64,000 nucleotides of DNA. It comes from Alphaproteobacteria bacterium (GTDB lineage Bacteria; Pseudomonadota; Alphaproteobacteria; Caulobacterales; Hyphomonadaceae). Of the stretch, positions 16,776 to 28,878 are shown one piece after another (position 1 is the stretch's first letter; every line of letters starts with the position of its first letter). The translations under genes and the position numbers were made by a program. The stretch covers positions 20,881 to 84,880 of the forward strand of contig JAWXBJ010000090.1 of the NCBI GenBank assembly GCA_034439955.1. Direction: 5' to 3'. The notes beneath the pieces were generated by a model. That model saw only the letters and a program-made list of their open reading frames with translations, ran no database searches and was not told the DNA's origin.

Positions 16776-18854
16776 ATGCCTCGCACCCACCAGCTCGCGG
16801 ACTACCGCAATTTTGGAATCATGGCGCATATCGACGCCGGCAAGACGACGACGACCGAGCGCGTGCTGTTTTACAGCGGCAAGTCGCACAAGATCGGCGA
16901 AGTCCATGACGGCGCCGCGACCATGGACTTCATGGTGCAGGAGCAGGAACGCGGCATCACGATCACCTCCGCCGCGACGACGTGCTTCTGGCAGGACAAG
17001 CGCCTCAACATCATCGACACCCCCGGCCATGTCGACTTCACCATCGAGGTTGAGCGCAGCTTGCGCGTGCTCGACGGGGCGGTCGCCGTGCTGGACGGCA
17101 ACCAGGGCGTCGAGCCGCAGACCGAGACGGTCTGGCGTCAGGCCGACAAGTACAACGTTCCGCGCATCGTCTTCGCCAACAAGATGGACAAGATCGGCGC
17201 GGATTTCTTCAACTGCGTCGATGATCTTGTGAAGCGGCTTGGCGTCAAGCCTGTCCCGCTGCAGCTGCCGATCGGCATCGAACACACGTTCAAGGGCGTG
17301 GTCGATCTCGTCGAAATGCGCGGCATCGTCTGGCGCGATGAGACGCTGGGCGCGAAGTACGACATCGTTCCGATACCGGATGATATGGTGGAGCAGGCGG
17401 CCGAGTATCGCGGCAAGCTGATCGAGGCAGTGGCGGAACTCGACGACGACGTCATGGCGGCTTTCTTCGAGGGCAAGGAACCGGATGTCCCGACGATCAA
17501 GCGCCTCATCCGCAAGGCGGTTCTGACCAGCGCTTTCTATCCGGTGCTGTGCGGCTCGGCGTTCAAGAACAAGGGCGTGCAGCCGCTGCTCGACGCGGTG
17601 GTCGATTATCTGCCCTCGCCTCTGGACGTGCCCGCGATCAAGGGTATCGACCCCAAGACGGACGCCGAGATCGAGCGCCTTCCGGAAGACGACCAGCCGC
17701 TGTCGATGCTGGCGTTCAAGATCATGGACGATCCGTTCGTCGGCTCGATCACATTCTGCCGCATCTATTCCGGGACGCTGAACTCCGGCACCACGCTGCT
17801 CAACTCCACGAAGGAGAAGAAGGAGCGGATTGGCCGCATGCTGGAAATGCACGCCAACGACCGCAAGGACATAAAGGAGGCTTTCGCCGGCGATATCGTC
17901 GCTGTCGCGTCCCTCAAGGAATCCACCACGGGCGACACGCTCTGCGACCCGGCAAGGCCCGTGATCCTGGAGAAAATGGAATTTCCCGAGCCAGTCATCG
18001 AGATCGCGATCGAACCGAAGACCAAAGCCGACCAGGAGAAGCTGGCGCTCGCGCTGCAGCGTCTCGCCGCCGAGGATCCGTCCTTCCGCGTTTCGACCGA
18101 CCATGAATCGGGCCAAACGCGCCTCAAGGGGATGGGCGAGCTGCATCTCGACATCAAGGTCGACATCCTGCGCCGGACCTACCATGTGGACGCCAATATC
18201 GGCGCGCCGCAGGTGGCGTATCGCGAGACGCTCGGCCGCGCGGCCGACATTGACTACACCCACAAGAAGCAGTCGGGCGGCACGGGTCAGTACGCCCGCG
18301 TCAAACTCACCTTCGAACCCCTGCCGCCTGGCTCGGGCTTCATCTTCGAGAGCGCCGTCGTCGGCGGCTCGGTCCCGAAGGAATTCGTGCCGGGCGTCGA
18401 GAAGGGCCTGAAGTCGGTGATGAATTCCGGTCCGCTTGCCGGCTTTCCCGTCATCGACTTCAAGGTGACGCTGACGGACGGCGCCTATCACGATGTCGAT
18501 TCAAGCGTACTGGCGTTCGAGATTGCCGCCCGCGCCGCCTTCCGGGAGGCTTCGGACAAGGTGCAGATGAAACTGCTCGAGCCGATCATGAAGGTGGAAG
18601 TAGTCTCGCCGGAAGACTATGTCGGCACGGTCATCGGCGACCTCAACTCGCGGCGCGGCATGATCCAGGGCCAGGAGATGCGCGGCAACGCCACCGTCAT
18701 CAATGCGATGGTGCCGCTTGCCAAAATGTTCGGATATGTGAACAACCTCCGCTCTGCCACGCAGGGCAGGGCGAACTATACGATGCAGTTCGACCATTAC
18801 GAGGCGGTTCCAAGTGCAGTCGCCAAGGACGTGATCGAGAAACTCAGCGGCTGA
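16776..18854 (+). CDS. fusA: Elongation factor G
   Basis: 692 aa. It has the G1 motif [20 protein letters not shown] and NKMD, and follows rpsG. Confidence 0.98.
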   Translation: MPRTHQLADYRNFGIMAHIDAGKTTTTERVLFYSGKSHKIGEVHDGAATMDFMVQEQERGITITSAATTCFWQDKRLNIIDTPGHVDFTIEVERSLRVLDGAVAVLDGNQGVEPQTETVWRQADKYNVPRIVFANKMDKIGADFFNCVDDLVKRLGVKPVPLQLPIGIEHTFKGVVDLVEMRGIVWRDETLGAKYDIVPIPDDMVEQAAEYRGKLIEAVAELDDDVMAAFFEGKEPDVPTIKRLIRKAVLTSAFYPVLCGSAFKNKGVQPLLDAVVDYLPSPLDVPAIKGIDPKTDAEIERLPEDDQPLSMLAFKIMDDPFVGSITFCRIYSGTLNSGTTLLNSTKEKKERIGRMLEMHANDRKDIKEAFAGDIVAVASLKESTTGDTLCDPARPVILEKMEFPEPVIEIAIEPKTKADQEKLALALQRLAAEDPSFRVSTDHESGQTRLKGMGELHLDIKVDILRRTYHVDANIGAPQVAYRETLGRAADIDYTHKKQSGGTGQYARVKLTFEPLPPGSGFIFESAVVGGSVPKEFVPGVEKGLKSVMNSGPLAGFPVIDFKVTLTDGAYHDVDSSVLAFEIAARAAFREASDKVQMKLLEPIMKVEVVSPEDYVGTVIGDLNSRRGMIQGQEMRGNATVINAMVPLAKMFGYVNNLRSATQGRANYTMQFDHYEAVPSAVAKDVIEKLSG

Positions 18855-18912
18855 TCCAGCGGGCCAACAGGCCCCTCGGCCGGAAACGAAGTTACGGAGT
18901 GGAAGAAGAGAT

Positions 18913-20103
18913 ATGGGCAAGGAAAAATTTTCGCGTAACAAGCCGCACGCGAACATCGGCACCATCGGTCATGTCGATCACGGCAAGACTACGCTGACGG
19001 CGGCGATCACCATCATTCTCGCCAAGTCCGGCGGCGCGACCGCCAAGAAGTATGACGAGATCGACGCGGCGCCGGAAGAGAAGGCGCGCGGCATCACGAT
19101 CAACACCGCTCACGTCGAGTACGAGACGAAGGCACGTCATTACGCTCACGTCGATTGCCCCGGTCACGCCGACTATGTGAAGAACATGATCACGGGCGCC
19201 GCTCAGATGGACGGCGGCATTCTCGTCGTGTCGGCTGCCGATGGCCCGATGCCGCAGACCCGCGAGCATATCCTTCTAGCCCGCCAGGTCGGCGTGCCGG
19301 CGCTCGTCGTGTTTCTCAACAAGGTAGACATGGTCGATGACGCCGAGCTTCTCGAACTCGTGGAACTGGAAGTTCGGGAGCTTCTGACCTCATACAATTA
19401 CCCTGGCGACGACATCCCGATCATTCCCGGTTCGGCGCTGGCCGCCGTCGAGGACCGCAACCCCGAGATTGGCGAGCAGGCGATCCTCAAATTGATGGAA
19501 GCGGTGGACACCTACATCCCCACGCCGGCCCGTGCGCTCGATCAGCCCTTCCTGATGCCGATCGAGGACGTTTTCTCGATCTCGGGCCGGGGCACGGTCG
19601 TCACCGGCCGCGTCGAGCGCGGCATCGTCAAGGTCGGCGAAGAACTTGAAATCGTCGGCATGCGCGATACGCAGAAAACCATCTGTACGGGCGTCGAGAT
19701 GTTCCGCAAGCTGCTCGACCAGGGCCAGGCGGGCGACAATATCGGCGCCCTGCTGCGCGGCATCGACCGCGAGCAGGTCGAGCGGGGCCAGGTGCTGTGC
19801 AAGCCCGGCTCGGTCAAGCCGCACAAGAAGTTCGAGGCCGAGGTTTACATCCTTACCAAGGAAGAGGGTGGCCGTCACACGCCGTTCTTCGCCAATTACC
19901 GTCCGCAATTCTACTTCCGCACGACGGACGTGACCGGCATCGTGGAGCTTCCCACGGGCACCGAAATGGTTATGCCGGGCGACAATCTGAAACTGAAGGT
20001 CGAGCTGATCGTCCCGATCGCGATGGAGGAAAAGCTCCGCTTCGCCATTCGTGAAGGCGGCCGCACCGTCGGCTCGGGCGTCGTGGCGAAAATCCTCGAT
20101 TAG
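18913..20103 (+). CDS. tuf: Elongation factor Tu
   Basis: 396 aa with [18 protein letters not shown] and NKVD. Full-length EF-Tu. Confidence 0.99.
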   Translation: MGKEKFSRNKPHANIGTIGHVDHGKTTLTAAITIILAKSGGATAKKYDEIDAAPEEKARGITINTAHVEYETKARHYAHVDCPGHADYVKNMITGAAQMDGGILVVSAADGPMPQTREHILLARQVGVPALVVFLNKVDMVDDAELLELVELEVRELLTSYNYPGDDIPIIPGSALAAVEDRNPEIGEQAILKLMEAVDTYIPTPARALDQPFLMPIEDVFSISGRGTVVTGRVERGIVKVGEELEIVGMRDTQKTICTGVEMFRKLLDQGQAGDNIGALLRGIDREQVERGQVLCKPGSVKPHKKFEAEVYILTKEEGGRHTPFFANYRPQFYFRTTDVTGIVELPTGTEMVMPGDNLKLKVELIVPIAMEEKLRFAIREGGRTVGSGVVAKILD

Positions 20104-20129
20104 CGCATTTCCTCAACGGAATAAATGTC

Positions 20130-20164
20130 AAGGGCGCCGGGCAACTGGCGCCCTTTGCTTTTTT
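20130..20164 (+). terminator. Rho-independent terminator after tuf
   Basis: AAGGGCGCC (20130-20138) pairs with GGCGCCCTT (20147-20155), followed by TGCTTTTTT. Confidence 0.8.
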
Positions 20165-20191
20165 GGGTAGGGCGGCCGGCGAGGGGGAGTA

Positions 20192-20503
20192 ATGACGGAG
20201 AACCGATATATCCGGATTGTCAGTCTCTGGCTGCGGGATGGGGACGTTGCAGCGTTCGAATCGTTCGAGCGGGAGGCCGCACGGCTGATGACCCGGCATG
20301 GCGGCCGAATCGAACAGCCTGTCCGCGTGACGCAGGGGGAAGGGAGAGACGATCCCTTCGAGATCCATGTCGTCAGTTTTCCCCACGCGGCCGGTTTTGA
20401 GACCTATATGGCCGATCCGGACGTCGCAGGTCGAAAAGCCTTGCGGGAACGTGTAATTTCTCGAAGCGAAGTGCTCGCCGGCCGGCCTGCCGGCCCTTAT
20501 TGA
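20192..20503 (+). CDS. Small dimeric alpha/beta-barrel-like protein (DUF1330-like), inserted between tuf and rpsJ
   Basis: 103 aa: YIRIVSLWLRDGDVAAFESFEREAARLMTRHGGRIEQPVRV...FEIHVVSFPHAAGFETYMADPDV. Layout and length resemble DUF1330/EthD-type proteins, from recollection only. A GGGGGAG SD lies upstream. Confidence 0.5.
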   Translation: MTENRYIRIVSLWLRDGDVAAFESFEREAARLMTRHGGRIEQPVRVTQGEGRDDPFEIHVVSFPHAAGFETYMADPDVAGRKALRERVISRSEVLAGRPAGPY

Positions 20504-20566
20504 GCCTTGGCGGCTTAAAGTCCGCTGCTTAGCCCCAAAACTATTTACGCTTTCCGGCGCCCGGCG

Positions 20567-20595
20567 CTTGACGCGCCAGTGGGGGGAATCTAGAA
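20567..20595 (+). promoter_or_regulatory. Candidate S10-operon promoter
   Basis: CTTGAC (20567-20572), N17, CTAGAA (20590-20595). A ~135-nt leader follows before rpsJ. Confidence 0.45.
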
Positions 20596-20731
20596 CCCCC
20601 GCTCGCTCTCAGGCGCTGGCAGTGGCAAAGCCAAACGTAGCGCTTGTTGGCAAAAGGCAAAATTCATCTGCTCGACGGTCCTCGGGGAACATGTCCCCGC
20701 TTGGCCGTCTTGTGCTGTTTCGGTGGACCTG

Positions 20732-21055
20732 ATGGAACGTCAGAACATACGCATCCGGCTCAAGGCCTTCGATCACAGGGCCCTCGACCAGTCTGCCCGA
20801 GAGATCGTCTCGACCGCCAAGCGCACGGGCGCTCAGGTGCGAGGACCCGTTCCGCTCCCCACGCGCATCGAGAAATTCACCGTCAACCGCTCTCCCCACA
20901 TCGACAAGACCTCACGCGAGCAGTTCGAGATCCGCACGCACAAGCGCGTCCTCGACATCGTCGATCCCACTCCGCAAACCGTCGATGCCCTCATGAAGCT
21001 GGACCTCTCCGCCGGCGTCGCCGTTGAGATCAAGCTTGAAGGACGGGGCGGCTGA
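20732..21055 (+). CDS. rpsJ: 30S ribosomal protein S10
   Basis: [44 protein letters not shown]... A 5-aa tail (EGRGG) carries the TGA into the rplC ATG (TGATG). Confidence 0.95.
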   Translation: MERQNIRIRLKAFDHRALDQSAREIVSTAKRTGAQVRGPVPLPTRIEKFTVNRSPHIDKTSREQFEIRTHKRVLDIVDPTPQTVDALMKLDLSAGVAVEIKLEGRGG

Positions 21056-21828
21056 TGCGCACCGGGGTCGTAGCCAAGAAACTGGGCATGACCCGGGTGT
21101 TCGGCGCCGACGGCGCCCACATTCCGGTGACAGTGCTGGCCCTTGAAGGGTGTCAGGTCGTCGGCGTCCGCACCAAGGCGGACCGCAGCGTGGATGTGAA
21201 GAAAAAGGGCGAGACGGTCGGCAAGCGCACCGCCAATGACGGCTACACGGCCGTGGTGCTGGGGGCAGGAACCCGCAAGGCCAAGAACGTATCCAAGCCG
21301 CTTCGCGGCCAGTTCGCCAAGGCCAATGTCGAGCCCAAGGCGATCGTGCGTGAGTTCCGCGTCGACGAGGACATGCTCCTCGAAGTCGGCGCCGAAATTT
21401 CGGCGGATCATTTCGTGCCGGGCCAGCTGGTGGACATCGCGGGCGTTTCCAAAGGCAAGGGCTTCGCCGGCGCCATTAAGCGTTGGAGCTTTGGCGGTAT
21501 GCGCGCCTCGCACGGCGTCTCGATCACCCATCGCGCCCACGGTTCGACTGGCCAGCGCCAGGACCCCGGCAAGGTGTTCAAGGGCAAGAAGATGGCCGGC
21601 CATTACGGCGTCGAGAAGCTCACCACGCAAAACCTTGAAATCGTGCGCACGGATGTCGAGCGCGGCCTGATCCTGGTCAAGGGCGCCGTCATCGGCTCGG
21701 CCAATGGCTGGGTTGAGGTTCGCGACGCGGTCAAGTCCAGGCGTCCCGATGGCGCGCCGACGCCGGCTGGCATCCGGGGGGCCGCATCAAGCTCCGCCGA
21801 CGCCGGGTCCACGGAAGGGCAGGCCTGA
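21055..21828 (+). CDS. rplC: 50S ribosomal protein L3
   Basis: 257 aa with [16 protein letters not shown] and [24 protein letters not shown]. It has an alpha-type C-terminal extension and an internal insertion (see findings). Confidence 0.97.
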   Translation: MRTGVVAKKLGMTRVFGADGAHIPVTVLALEGCQVVGVRTKADRSVDVKKKGETVGKRTANDGYTAVVLGAGTRKAKNVSKPLRGQFAKANVEPKAIVREFRVDEDMLLEVGAEISADHFVPGQLVDIAGVSKGKGFAGAIKRWSFGGMRASHGVSITHRAHGSTGQRQDPGKVFKGKKMAGHYGVEKLTTQNLEIVRTDVERGLILVKGAVIGSANGWVEVRDAVKSRRPDGAPTPAGIRGAASSSADAGSTEGQA

Positions 21829-22460
21829 TGAAACTCGCCGTCACCAAGCTGGACGCCGCGCAGGCCGGCGACATCGAACTCGATGACGCCGTCTTCGGCA
21901 TTTCCGAGATTCGCGCCGATATCCTGCAGCGCATGGTCCGCTACCAGCTGTCAAAGCGCCAGGCTGGAACGCATTCGACCAAGTCGCGATCGAACGTGGC
22001 CCGCACAACCAAGAAATTCGGCAACCAGAAGGGCTCGGGCGGCGCGCGCCATGGCTCGCGAAACGCGCCGATCTTCGTCGGCGGCGGCACGGCCCATGGC
22101 CCCCATCCGCACAGCCACGCCCACAGCCTGCCCAAGAAGGTCCGGGCTCTCGCTCTGAGGCACGCCCTTTCGGCCAAGGTGAAAGACGAGGCGTTGATCG
22201 TACTCGACACCATGGCGATGGACGCTCCCAAGACAAAAAACCTGACGGCGCAACTGAAGGCGCTGGGCATCTCGAACGCCCTGGTCATTGGCGGGGTCGA
22301 ACTCGACGTCAACTTCGCCCGGGCCGCCAGCAATATTCCGAACATCGACGTGCTGCCGCTGGCCGGGCTCAACGTCTATGACGTGCTCCGCCGCAAGACG
22401 CTCGTGCTGACGCGCGAAGCGGTCGATGGCGTGCACGCGCGCTTCGCCGAGAAGGCCTGA
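21828..22460 (+). CDS. rplD: 50S ribosomal protein L4
   Basis: 210 aa. Contains [30 protein letters not shown], and the start overlaps the rplC stop. Confidence 0.96.
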   Translation: MKLAVTKLDAAQAGDIELDDAVFGISEIRADILQRMVRYQLSKRQAGTHSTKSRSNVARTTKKFGNQKGSGGARHGSRNAPIFVGGGTAHGPHPHSHAHSLPKKVRALALRHALSAKVKDEALIVLDTMAMDAPKTKNLTAQLKALGISNALVIGGVELDVNFARAASNIPNIDVLPLAGLNVYDVLRRKTLVLTREAVDGVHARFAEKA

Positions 22461-22464
22461 GATC

Positions 22465-22764
22465 ATGGCTGAACCCAAGACCATCCATTACGGCCTGATC
22501 ACGTCGCCGATCATTACCGAAAAATCGACAATTCTGTCCGAGCTGAACAAGGTCGTGTTCCGCGTGCCGCTGACGGCGACGAAGCCGCAGATCAAGGAAG
22601 CGGTCGAGGCGCTCTTCAAGGTCAACGTCGTTTCGGTCAACACCCTGGTGCAGAAGGGCAAGACCAAGAATTTCCGCGGCACCGCCGGCCGTCGTTCGGA
22701 CATCAAGAAAGCCATCGTGACGTTGAAGGACGGACAGTCCATCGACGTGGCGACGGGCCTTTGA
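22465..22764 (+). CDS. rplW: 50S ribosomal protein L23
   Basis: [22 protein letters not shown]... gives 99 aa from ATG 22465. The ORF track starts at 22426, inside rplD. Confidence 0.95.
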   Translation: MAEPKTIHYGLITSPIITEKSTILSELNKVVFRVPLTATKPQIKEAVEALFKVNVVSVNTLVQKGKTKNFRGTAGRRSDIKKAIVTLKDGQSIDVATGL

Positions 22765-22780
22765 GGATCGGCATCGCAAC

Positions 22781-23611
22781 ATGGCTCTGAAACACTACAA
22801 CCCCACTTCGCCGGGCCGACGTCAGCTGGTGCTGATCGACCGCTCCGGCCTGCACAAGGGCCGGCCCGTCAAGGCGCTGACCGAGGGTCTGACCAACAAG
22901 GGCGGCCGCAACAACATGGGCCGCATCACGGCGCGCCGCATCGGCGGCGGCGCCAAGAAGCTGTACCGCATCATCGATTTCAAGCGCCGCAAATGGGATA
23001 TGCCCGCGACCATCGAACGCCTGGAGTATGACCCCAATCGCACGGCTTTCATCGCGCTGATCACCTACACGGACGGCGAGCAGGCCTACATCATCGCCCC
23101 TCAGCGCGTCGGCGTTGGCGACGTGGTCATCGCGGGCGAGGGCGTCGATATCAAGCCCGGCAACGCCTTGCCGCTGAAGAACATTCCCGTCGGAACGATC
23201 ATCCACAATGTCGAGATGAAGCCGCTCAAGGGCGCACAGATGGCCCGCTCCGCCGGCGCCTATTGTCAGCTGGTCGGCCGGGCCGACGGGTATGCGCAAA
23301 TCAAGATGGGTTCGGGGGAGGTGCGGCTCGTTCCCGAACTCTGCATGGCCACGATCGGCGCAGTGTCCAACCCCGACAATTCGAACACCAATCTCGGCAA
23401 GGCCGGCCGCAAGCGCCACATGGGCAAGCGTCCGTCGGTGCGCGGCGTCGCCATGAATCCTGTCGATCACCCCCATGGCGGCGGCGAAGGCAAGACTTCG
23501 GGCGGCCGTCACCCGGTCACGCCCTGGGGCAAGAAGACTAGGGGTCCCAAGACCCGCAACAACAAGTCGACCGACCGCCTGATTGTGCGTCGGCGTCACA
23601 AAGCCAAGTAA
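22781..23611 (+). CDS. rplB: 50S ribosomal protein L2
   Basis: 276 aa with [26 protein letters not shown]. Confidence 0.98.
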   Translation: MALKHYNPTSPGRRQLVLIDRSGLHKGRPVKALTEGLTNKGGRNNMGRITARRIGGGAKKLYRIIDFKRRKWDMPATIERLEYDPNRTAFIALITYTDGEQAYIIAPQRVGVGDVVIAGEGVDIKPGNALPLKNIPVGTIIHNVEMKPLKGAQMARSAGAYCQLVGRADGYAQIKMGSGEVRLVPELCMATIGAVSNPDNSNTNLGKAGRKRHMGKRPSVRGVAMNPVDHPHGGGEGKTSGGRHPVTPWGKKTRGPKTRNNKSTDRLIVRRRHKAK

Positions 23612-23626
23612 TCGGAGGGATCACAC

Positions 23627-23905
23627 ATGTCGCGCTCCGTCTGGAAAGGCCCGTTCGTCGATGGCTATCTTCTCAAGAAGGCCGACGCCGCGACCGGCGC
23701 CGCGCGTCCGACGCCGATCAAGACCTGGTCGCGCCGGTCCACCGTGCTGCCGCAGTTCGTCGGCCTGATCTTCCAGGTTCACAACGGCAAGACCTTCGTG
23801 CCGGTGAACGTCAGCGAGGAAATGGTCGGGCACAAGCTCGGCGAGTTCGCGCCGACCCGCACCTATTACGGCCACGGGTCGGACAAGAAAGTGAAGAGGA
23901 AGTAG
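23627..23905 (+). CDS. rpsS: 30S ribosomal protein S19
   Basis: 92 aa: [18 protein letters not shown]...[27 protein letters not shown]. Confidence 0.97.
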   Translation: MSRSVWKGPFVDGYLLKKADAATGAARPTPIKTWSRRSTVLPQFVGLIFQVHNGKTFVPVNVSEEMVGHKLGEFAPTRTYYGHGSDKKVKRK

Positions 23906-23906
23906 G

Positions 23907-24305
23907 ATGGGCAAGCCCAAATCTCCTCCCAAGCAGGCGACGAATGAATCGCGCGCGGTTCTGAAGATGGCCCGTATCTCGCCGCAGAAGCTCAATCTGC
24001 TGGCGCAACTGATCCGCGGCCACAAGGTGGACAAGGCGATGGCCGAGCTGGAATTCTCGCGGAAGCGGGCAGCCTCCGACGTTTTGAAACTGTTGAAGTC
24101 GGCCGTCGCAAATGCTGACAACAATCACGGCCTCGACATCGACAGCCTGGTCGTTGCGGAAGCCCATGTCGGCAAGAACCTCGTGATGAAACGTATGCAC
24201 GCGCGCGCACGAGGCCGGGGCGCCCGCATCGAAAAACCCTTTTCACAGATCACCATCGTCCTTCGCGACACCTCCGCCGTCGCGCAAACGTCCGAGGCCG
24301 CATAA
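23907..24305 (+). CDS. rplV: 50S ribosomal protein L22
   Basis: 132 aa with [33 protein letters not shown]. Operon position is as expected. Confidence 0.96.
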   Translation: MGKPKSPPKQATNESRAVLKMARISPQKLNLLAQLIRGHKVDKAMAELEFSRKRAASDVLKLLKSAVANADNNHGLDIDSLVVAEAHVGKNLVMKRMHARARGRGARIEKPFSQITIVLRDTSAVAQTSEAA

Positions 24306-25057
24306 TGGGTCAGAAGATCAATCCGATCGGTTTTCGCCTCGGCGTCAACCGCACTGCGGACAGCCGCTGGTATGCGGACAGCGCCGATTTCGGGCGCCTG
24401 CTCCATGAGGACATCAAGATCCGCAAATACATCAAGGAAAAGCTGAAGCAGGCTGGCGTCTCCAAAGTCGTGATCGAGCGTCCGCACAAGAAGTGCCGGA
24501 TTTCGGTTCATACGGCCCGTCCGGGCATGGTCATCGGCAAGAAGGGCGCGGACATCGAGACGCTGCGCAAGGAAATCTCGCGGCTCTGCACGGACGAGGT
24601 GTTTCTGAACCTCGTCGAAATCCGCAAGCCGGAAGTGGACGCCAACCTCGTCGCCGAGGATGTCGCCCGCCAGCTTGAGCGGCGGGTGTCGTTCCGCCGC
24701 GCCATGAAGCGCGCGATGCAGACCACGATGCGCATGGGCGCCCAGGGCATCCGTCTCACAGTCGCCGGTCGGCTCGGCGGCGCGGAGATCGCCCGCACCG
24801 AATGGTATCGCGAAGGCCGCGTGCCGCTCCACACGCTGCGCGCCGACATTGATTACGGCACGGCGGAGGCCACCACGACCTACGGCATCATCGGCATCAA
24901 GTGCTGGATCTTCAAGGGCGAGATCATGGAGCACGACCCGATGGCCCTGGATCGCAAACAGGAAGCGGCCGGCGATAGCCGTCCGCGCCAGGACCGCGAT
25001 CGTGGCGACCGCGGTGATCGTGGCGATCGCGGCGACCGTCAGCGTACGAACGCATAG
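24305..25057 (+). CDS. rpsC: 30S ribosomal protein S3
   Basis: 250 aa: [16 protein letters not shown]... with a KH domain. The basic/acidic tail [21 protein letters not shown] is of the kind seen in alphaproteobacterial S3. Confidence 0.97.
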   Translation: MGQKINPIGFRLGVNRTADSRWYADSADFGRLLHEDIKIRKYIKEKLKQAGVSKVVIERPHKKCRISVHTARPGMVIGKKGADIETLRKEISRLCTDEVFLNLVEIRKPEVDANLVAEDVARQLERRVSFRRAMKRAMQTTMRMGAQGIRLTVAGRLGGAEIARTEWYREGRVPLHTLRADIDYGTAEATTTYGIIGIKCWIFKGEIMEHDPMALDRKQEAAGDSRPRQDRDRGDRGDRGDRGDRQRTNA

Positions 25058-25075
25058 GATTGAGGACCCAGTTCG

Positions 25076-25492
25076 ATGCTGCAACCGAAACGGACCAAGT
25101 TCCGCAAAGCTTTCAAGGGCCGCATCAAGGGCGCGGCGAAGGCTGGATTTTCGCTGTCGTTCGGCTCCTATGGGCTGAAGGCTTTGGAGCCTGAGCGCGT
25201 CACCGCGCGTCAGATCGAAGCGTCGCGGCGCGCCATCACGCGTGAAATGAAACGCGTGGGCAAGGTGTGGATCCGCATATTCCCAGACGTGCCGGTTTCG
25301 AAAAAACCGAACGAGGTCCGCATGGGCTCCGGCAAGGGCGCCCCGGAATTCTGGGCCGCCCGCGTGAAGCCAGGACGTATCATGTTCGAGATCGACGGCG
25401 TGCCCGACGCGGTTGCTCGCGAGGCGTTGCGCCTTGGCGCCGCCAAATTGCCGATCAAGACGAAGATCATCTCGCGCGTGGGGGTGCTCTGA
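25076..25492 (+). CDS. rplP: 50S ribosomal protein L16
   Basis: 138 aa: [19 protein letters not shown]... Confidence 0.97.
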   Translation: MLQPKRTKFRKAFKGRIKGAAKAGFSLSFGSYGLKALEPERVTARQIEASRRAITREMKRVGKVWIRIFPDVPVSKKPNEVRMGSGKGAPEFWAARVKPGRIMFEIDGVPDAVAREALRLGAAKLPIKTKIISRVGVL

Positions 25493-25701
25493 TGGCCGCG
25501 CTCAAAGTGGAAGATATCCGCCTGAAGACGCCTGACCAGCTTCGCGACGAGATGACCCGTCTCAAGAAGGAGCAGTTCAACCTGCGCTTTCAGAAGGCGA
25601 CGGGTCAGTTGGAGAAGACCTCGCGCGTGCGTGAAATTCGCCGCGACATCGCCAGGATCGAGACGATCCTATCCGAAAAAGCCAAAGCCAGCGCAGCCTG
25701 A
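25492..25701 (+). CDS. rpmC: 50S ribosomal protein L29
   Basis: 69 aa: [44 protein letters not shown] 25492 overlaps the rplP TGA. Confidence 0.95.
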   Translation: MAALKVEDIRLKTPDQLRDEMTRLKKEQFNLRFQKATGQLEKTSRVREIRRDIARIETILSEKAKASAA

Positions 25702-25719
25702 GTCGAGGAACAAGAAGTC

Positions 25720-25965
25720 ATGCCCAGGCGAATCATGGAAGGCGTCGTCGTTTCCAGCAAGATGGACAAAACCGCCGTTGTGCGCATTGAGCGCACTTTC
25801 ATCCATCCGCTGTTCAAGAAAATCGTGCGCCGCTCGAAGAAGTATCATGCGCATGACGAGACCAATTCCGCTGTTGAAGGCCAGATCGTGTCGATCCGCG
25901 AATGCCCGCCGCGCTCGAAGCTGAAGCACTGGGAAATCGTGTCCGCTGAAGGCGACGCCCAATGA
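25720..25965 (+). CDS. rpsQ: 30S ribosomal protein S17
   Basis: 81 aa: [46 protein letters not shown]. Confidence 0.96.
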   Translation: MPRRIMEGVVVSSKMDKTAVVRIERTFIHPLFKKIVRRSKKYHAHDETNSAVEGQIVSIRECPPRSKLKHWEIVSAEGDAQ

Positions 25966-26330
25966 TCCAGATGCAGTCAAATCTCGAAGTCGCCGACAAT
26001 TCCGGTGCGCGTCGCGTCCAGTGCATCAAGGTGCTCGGCGGCTCGCACCGCCGCTATGCCTCGGTTGGCGATGTCATCGTCGTGTCGGTCAAGGAAGCCT
26101 CGCCAAAAGGCCGCGTCAAGAAGGGCGATGTGCGCCGCGCTGTCGTGGTTCGGGTCGCCAAGGACATCCAGCGCCGCGACGGATCGGTAATCCGTTTTGA
26201 TTCGAACGCCGCCGTGCTGGTCAACAACGCCAACGAGCCCGTCGGCACCCGCATTTTCGGGCCCGTGCCGCGCGAGCTGCGGGCCAAGAACCACATGAAG
26301 ATCATCTCGCTCGCCCCGGAGGTGCTGTGA
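25962..26330 (+). CDS. rplN: 50S ribosomal protein L14
   Basis: 122 aa: [28 protein letters not shown]... Confidence 0.98.
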   Translation: MIQMQSNLEVADNSGARRVQCIKVLGGSHRRYASVGDVIVVSVKEASPKGRVKKGDVRRAVVVRVAKDIQRRDGSVIRFDSNAAVLVNNANEPVGTRIFGPVPRELRAKNHMKIISLAPEVL

Positions 26331-26647
26331 TGGCCGCCAAGATCAAGAAGGGCGACAAGGTCGTGGTGTTGACCGGCAAGGACAAGGGCAGGACCGGCGA
26401 GGTCGTGCGGTCCATTCCCGACGAGAACCGCGTCGTCGTTTCTGGCGTCAACATCGCCGTCAAGCACCAGAAGCCTTCCCAGTTCGACCAGGGCGGCATC
26501 AAGCGCATTGAAGCGCCGATCCACGTATCAAACGTCGCGCATGTCGATCCTCGCGACGGCAAAGCGACGCGCGTGGGATTCAAGACTGACGACAGTGGCC
26601 GCAAGGTGCGTTTCGCCAAGCGGTCCGGGGAGAACATCGATGCCTGA
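26327..26647 (+). CDS. rplX: 50S ribosomal protein L24
   Basis: 106 aa: [22 protein letters not shown] (KOW motif). Confidence 0.96.
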   Translation: MMAAKIKKGDKVVVLTGKDKGRTGEVVRSIPDENRVVVSGVNIAVKHQKPSQFDQGGIKRIEAPIHVSNVAHVDPRDGKATRVGFKTDDSGRKVRFAKRSGENIDA

Positions 26648-27212
26648 GGCCAGGAACGAAGAGGCGCAATACGAACCGCGGCTCAAGGCGCTCTACAAGA
26701 GCGCCATTCGCGAGAAGCTGACCGAGCAGTTCAAGTATACAAATCCCATGCAGGTTCCGGCCCTCGACAAGGTCGTCATCAACATGGGCGTGGGCGAGGC
26801 CGTGTCGGACTCCAAGAAGATCCGTTCGGCCCTGGCAGACCTTTCGGCCATCACTGGCCAGAAGCCGGTCGAGACGAAGGCGCGCAAGTCGATCGCGACC
26901 TTCAAGGTCCGCGAAGGCATGACCGTGGGCTGCAAGGTGACCCTCCGCCGTGAGCGCATGTATGAGTTCGTTGATCGTCTGACCAACATCGCGCTCCCCC
27001 GTGTGAAGGACTTCCGCGGGCTCAACGGCAAGAGCTTCGACGGACGCGGCAATTTCGCGATGGGCCTCAAGGAGCACATCGTGTTCCCGGAGATCAACTA
27101 CGACCAGGTCGACCAGGTCTGGGGCATGGATATCATTGTGTGCACGACGGCGCGCACGAACGACGAGGCGAAGGCGCTCCTCACGGAGTTTGGCTTTCCC
27201 TTCCGCACCTAG
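26640..27212 (+). CDS. rplE: 50S ribosomal protein L5
   Basis: 190 aa from ATG 26640: [54 protein letters not shown]. It overlaps rplX by 8 nt. Confidence 0.96.
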   Translation: MPEARNEEAQYEPRLKALYKSAIREKLTEQFKYTNPMQVPALDKVVINMGVGEAVSDSKKIRSALADLSAITGQKPVETKARKSIATFKVREGMTVGCKVTLRRERMYEFVDRLTNIALPRVKDFRGLNGKSFDGRGNFAMGLKEHIVFPEINYDQVDQVWGMDIIVCTTARTNDEAKALLTEFGFPFRT

Positions 27213-27230
27213 GCGCGCTGGAGAGACGAG

Positions 27231-27536
27231 ATGGCGAAGAAAAGCTCGATCGAGAAGAACAACCGGCGCAAGCGCCTGGTCGAACAATACGCTGACAAGC
27301 GCGCGGACCTGAAGGCGATGGCGCTCGACGAGAGCCTGTCGCTCGAGGAACGGTTCGCGGCCCGCATGAAACTGGCGGAACTGCCGAGGAATTCCGCTCC
27401 AAATCGCGTTCGCAACCGCTGCGAGATCACGGGTCGCCCGCGCGGCTTCTACCGGAAGCTGAGAATGTCGCGCATCGCGCTTCGTGAATACGGCGCAGCG
27501 GGTTTCATCCCCGGCCTTGTCAAGTCGAGCTGGTAG
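27231..27536 (+). CDS. rpsN: 30S ribosomal protein S14
   Basis: 101 aa: [24 protein letters not shown]...[26 protein letters not shown]. Confidence 0.96.
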   Translation: MAKKSSIEKNNRRKRLVEQYADKRADLKAMALDESLSLEERFAARMKLAELPRNSAPNRVRNRCEITGRPRGFYRKLRMSRIALREYGAAGFIPGLVKSSW

Positions 27537-27550
27537 AGGAGGTCGGGCGC

Positions 27551-27946
27551 ATGATGATGAACGATCCCATCGGCGATCTGCTGACCCGGATCCGCAACGC
27601 GCAGCAGCGCGGACGGTCTTCGGTGTCATCGCCGGCCTCGAAGCTGCGTGCGCGCGTGCTCGATGTGCTGCAGCGGGAAGGCTATATCCGCGGGTATTCC
27701 GAGGTCGAGAAAGACGGCTTCAAGGAACTCGACATCGAGCTCAAATACTATGACGGCGCTCCGGTGATCTCGGAGATTCGCCGCATCTCCAAGCCAGGCC
27801 GGCGGGTCTATTCGTCGGTCGGCGATCTGCCGCTGGTCCGCAATGGCCTTGGCATCTCGATCCTCTCGACGCCCAAGGGCGTCATGTCGGACAACGACGC
27901 CCGCAGCAACAATGTGGGCGGCGAAATTCTTTGCCGCGTCTCGTAA
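27551..27946 (+). CDS. rpsH: 30S ribosomal protein S8
   Basis: 131 aa: [18 protein letters not shown]... Confidence 0.96.
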   Translation: MMMNDPIGDLLTRIRNAQQRGRSSVSSPASKLRARVLDVLQREGYIRGYSEVEKDGFKELDIELKYYDGAPVISEIRRISKPGRRVYSSVGDLPLVRNGLGISILSTPKGVMSDNDARSNNVGGEILCRVS

Positions 27947-27965
27947 GGGAGCGGAGGAGCAAGCC

Positions 27966-28502
27966 ATGTCACGGATCGGAAAACTCAGCGTGGCCGCGCC
28001 GGCCGGGGTCGATGTCAAGCTGACGCCCGAGCAGATCACCGTCAAAGGCCCCAAGGGCGAGCTCAAGCTCGCGCTCACCGAACTCGTGGTGGTCAAGTTC
28101 GACAAGGGTGAAGTCACCGTCGAGCCGCGCGACGCGGAGGATCGCCGGTCGAAGGCGATGTGGGGCACGACGCGCGCCAACATCTCGAACATGGTTCGCG
28201 GCGTCACCAAGGGGTTCGAGCGCGATCTCGAACTTCAGGGCGTCGGCTACCGCGCGGCGCTGAAAGGCAAGGACCTCGAACTCAGCCTCGGCTATTCGCA
28301 TCCTATCGTCTACAAGGCGCCTGCCGGGATCACCTTCGCTTCGGCCAAGCCGACCGAGATCAAGATATCCGGCGCCGACAAGCAGACAGTGGGACAGGTC
28401 GCGGCGGAAATACGCGGCTTCCGTCCGCCCGAGCCCTACAAGGGCAAGGGTGTTCGCCGGGCCGGGGAATTCGTTCGTCGCAAGGAAGGCAAGAAGAAGT
28501 AA
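27966..28502 (+). CDS. rplF: 50S ribosomal protein L6
   Basis: 178 aa from ATG 27966: [33 protein letters not shown]. The ORF track starts at 27843, inside rpsH. Confidence 0.96.
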   Translation: MSRIGKLSVAAPAGVDVKLTPEQITVKGPKGELKLALTELVVVKFDKGEVTVEPRDAEDRRSKAMWGTTRANISNMVRGVTKGFERDLELQGVGYRAALKGKDLELSLGYSHPIVYKAPAGITFASAKPTEIKISGADKQTVGQVAAEIRGFRPPEPYKGKGVRRAGEFVRRKEGKKK

Positions 28503-28505
28503 GCC

Positions 28506-28868
28506 ATGTTGTCCAGCCGCGAAAAAACAGCCCGGCGCGCCCAGCGTGTCCGCACGAAGCTCCGCCAGGGCGCGGGGGGCAAGCCGCGTCTGTCGGTTGC
28601 GCGCTCCGCCAAGCACATCTCGGTGCAGGTCATCGACGACGCACAGGGAGTCACGGTGGCCGCCGCATCGACACTGGAGAAGGATTTCAAGTCCGGCGGC
28701 AAGACGGGAGCCGATCGCTCGGCGGCCCAGACCGTCGGCAAGCTCATCGCCGAACGCGCGACGAAGGCAGGCGTCACCGACGTCGTGTTCGATCGCGGCG
28801 GTTACCTGTTCCATGGCCGCGTGAAAGCGTTGGCCGACGCCGCCCGTGAGGGCGGCCTGAAATTCTAG
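28506..28868 (+). CDS. rplR: 50S ribosomal protein L18
   Basis: 120 aa with [18 protein letters not shown] and [28 protein letters not shown]. Confidence 0.96.
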   Translation: MLSSREKTARRAQRVRTKLRQGAGGKPRLSVARSAKHISVQVIDDAQGVTVAAASTLEKDFKSGGKTGADRSAAQTVGKLIAERATKAGVTDVVFDRGGYLFHGRVKALADAAREGGLKF

Positions 28869-28878
28869 GGAGAAGCTC

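Noticed and set aside
24989-25036. Tandem GAT/CGC-type repeats (cgcgatcgtggcgaccgcggtgatcgtggcgatcgcggcgaccgt), which look like a micro-repeat array.
   Set aside because: It lies inside rpsC and simply encodes the (R/G)D repeat tail [16 protein letters not shown]. It is not a CRISPR or a non-coding repeat.
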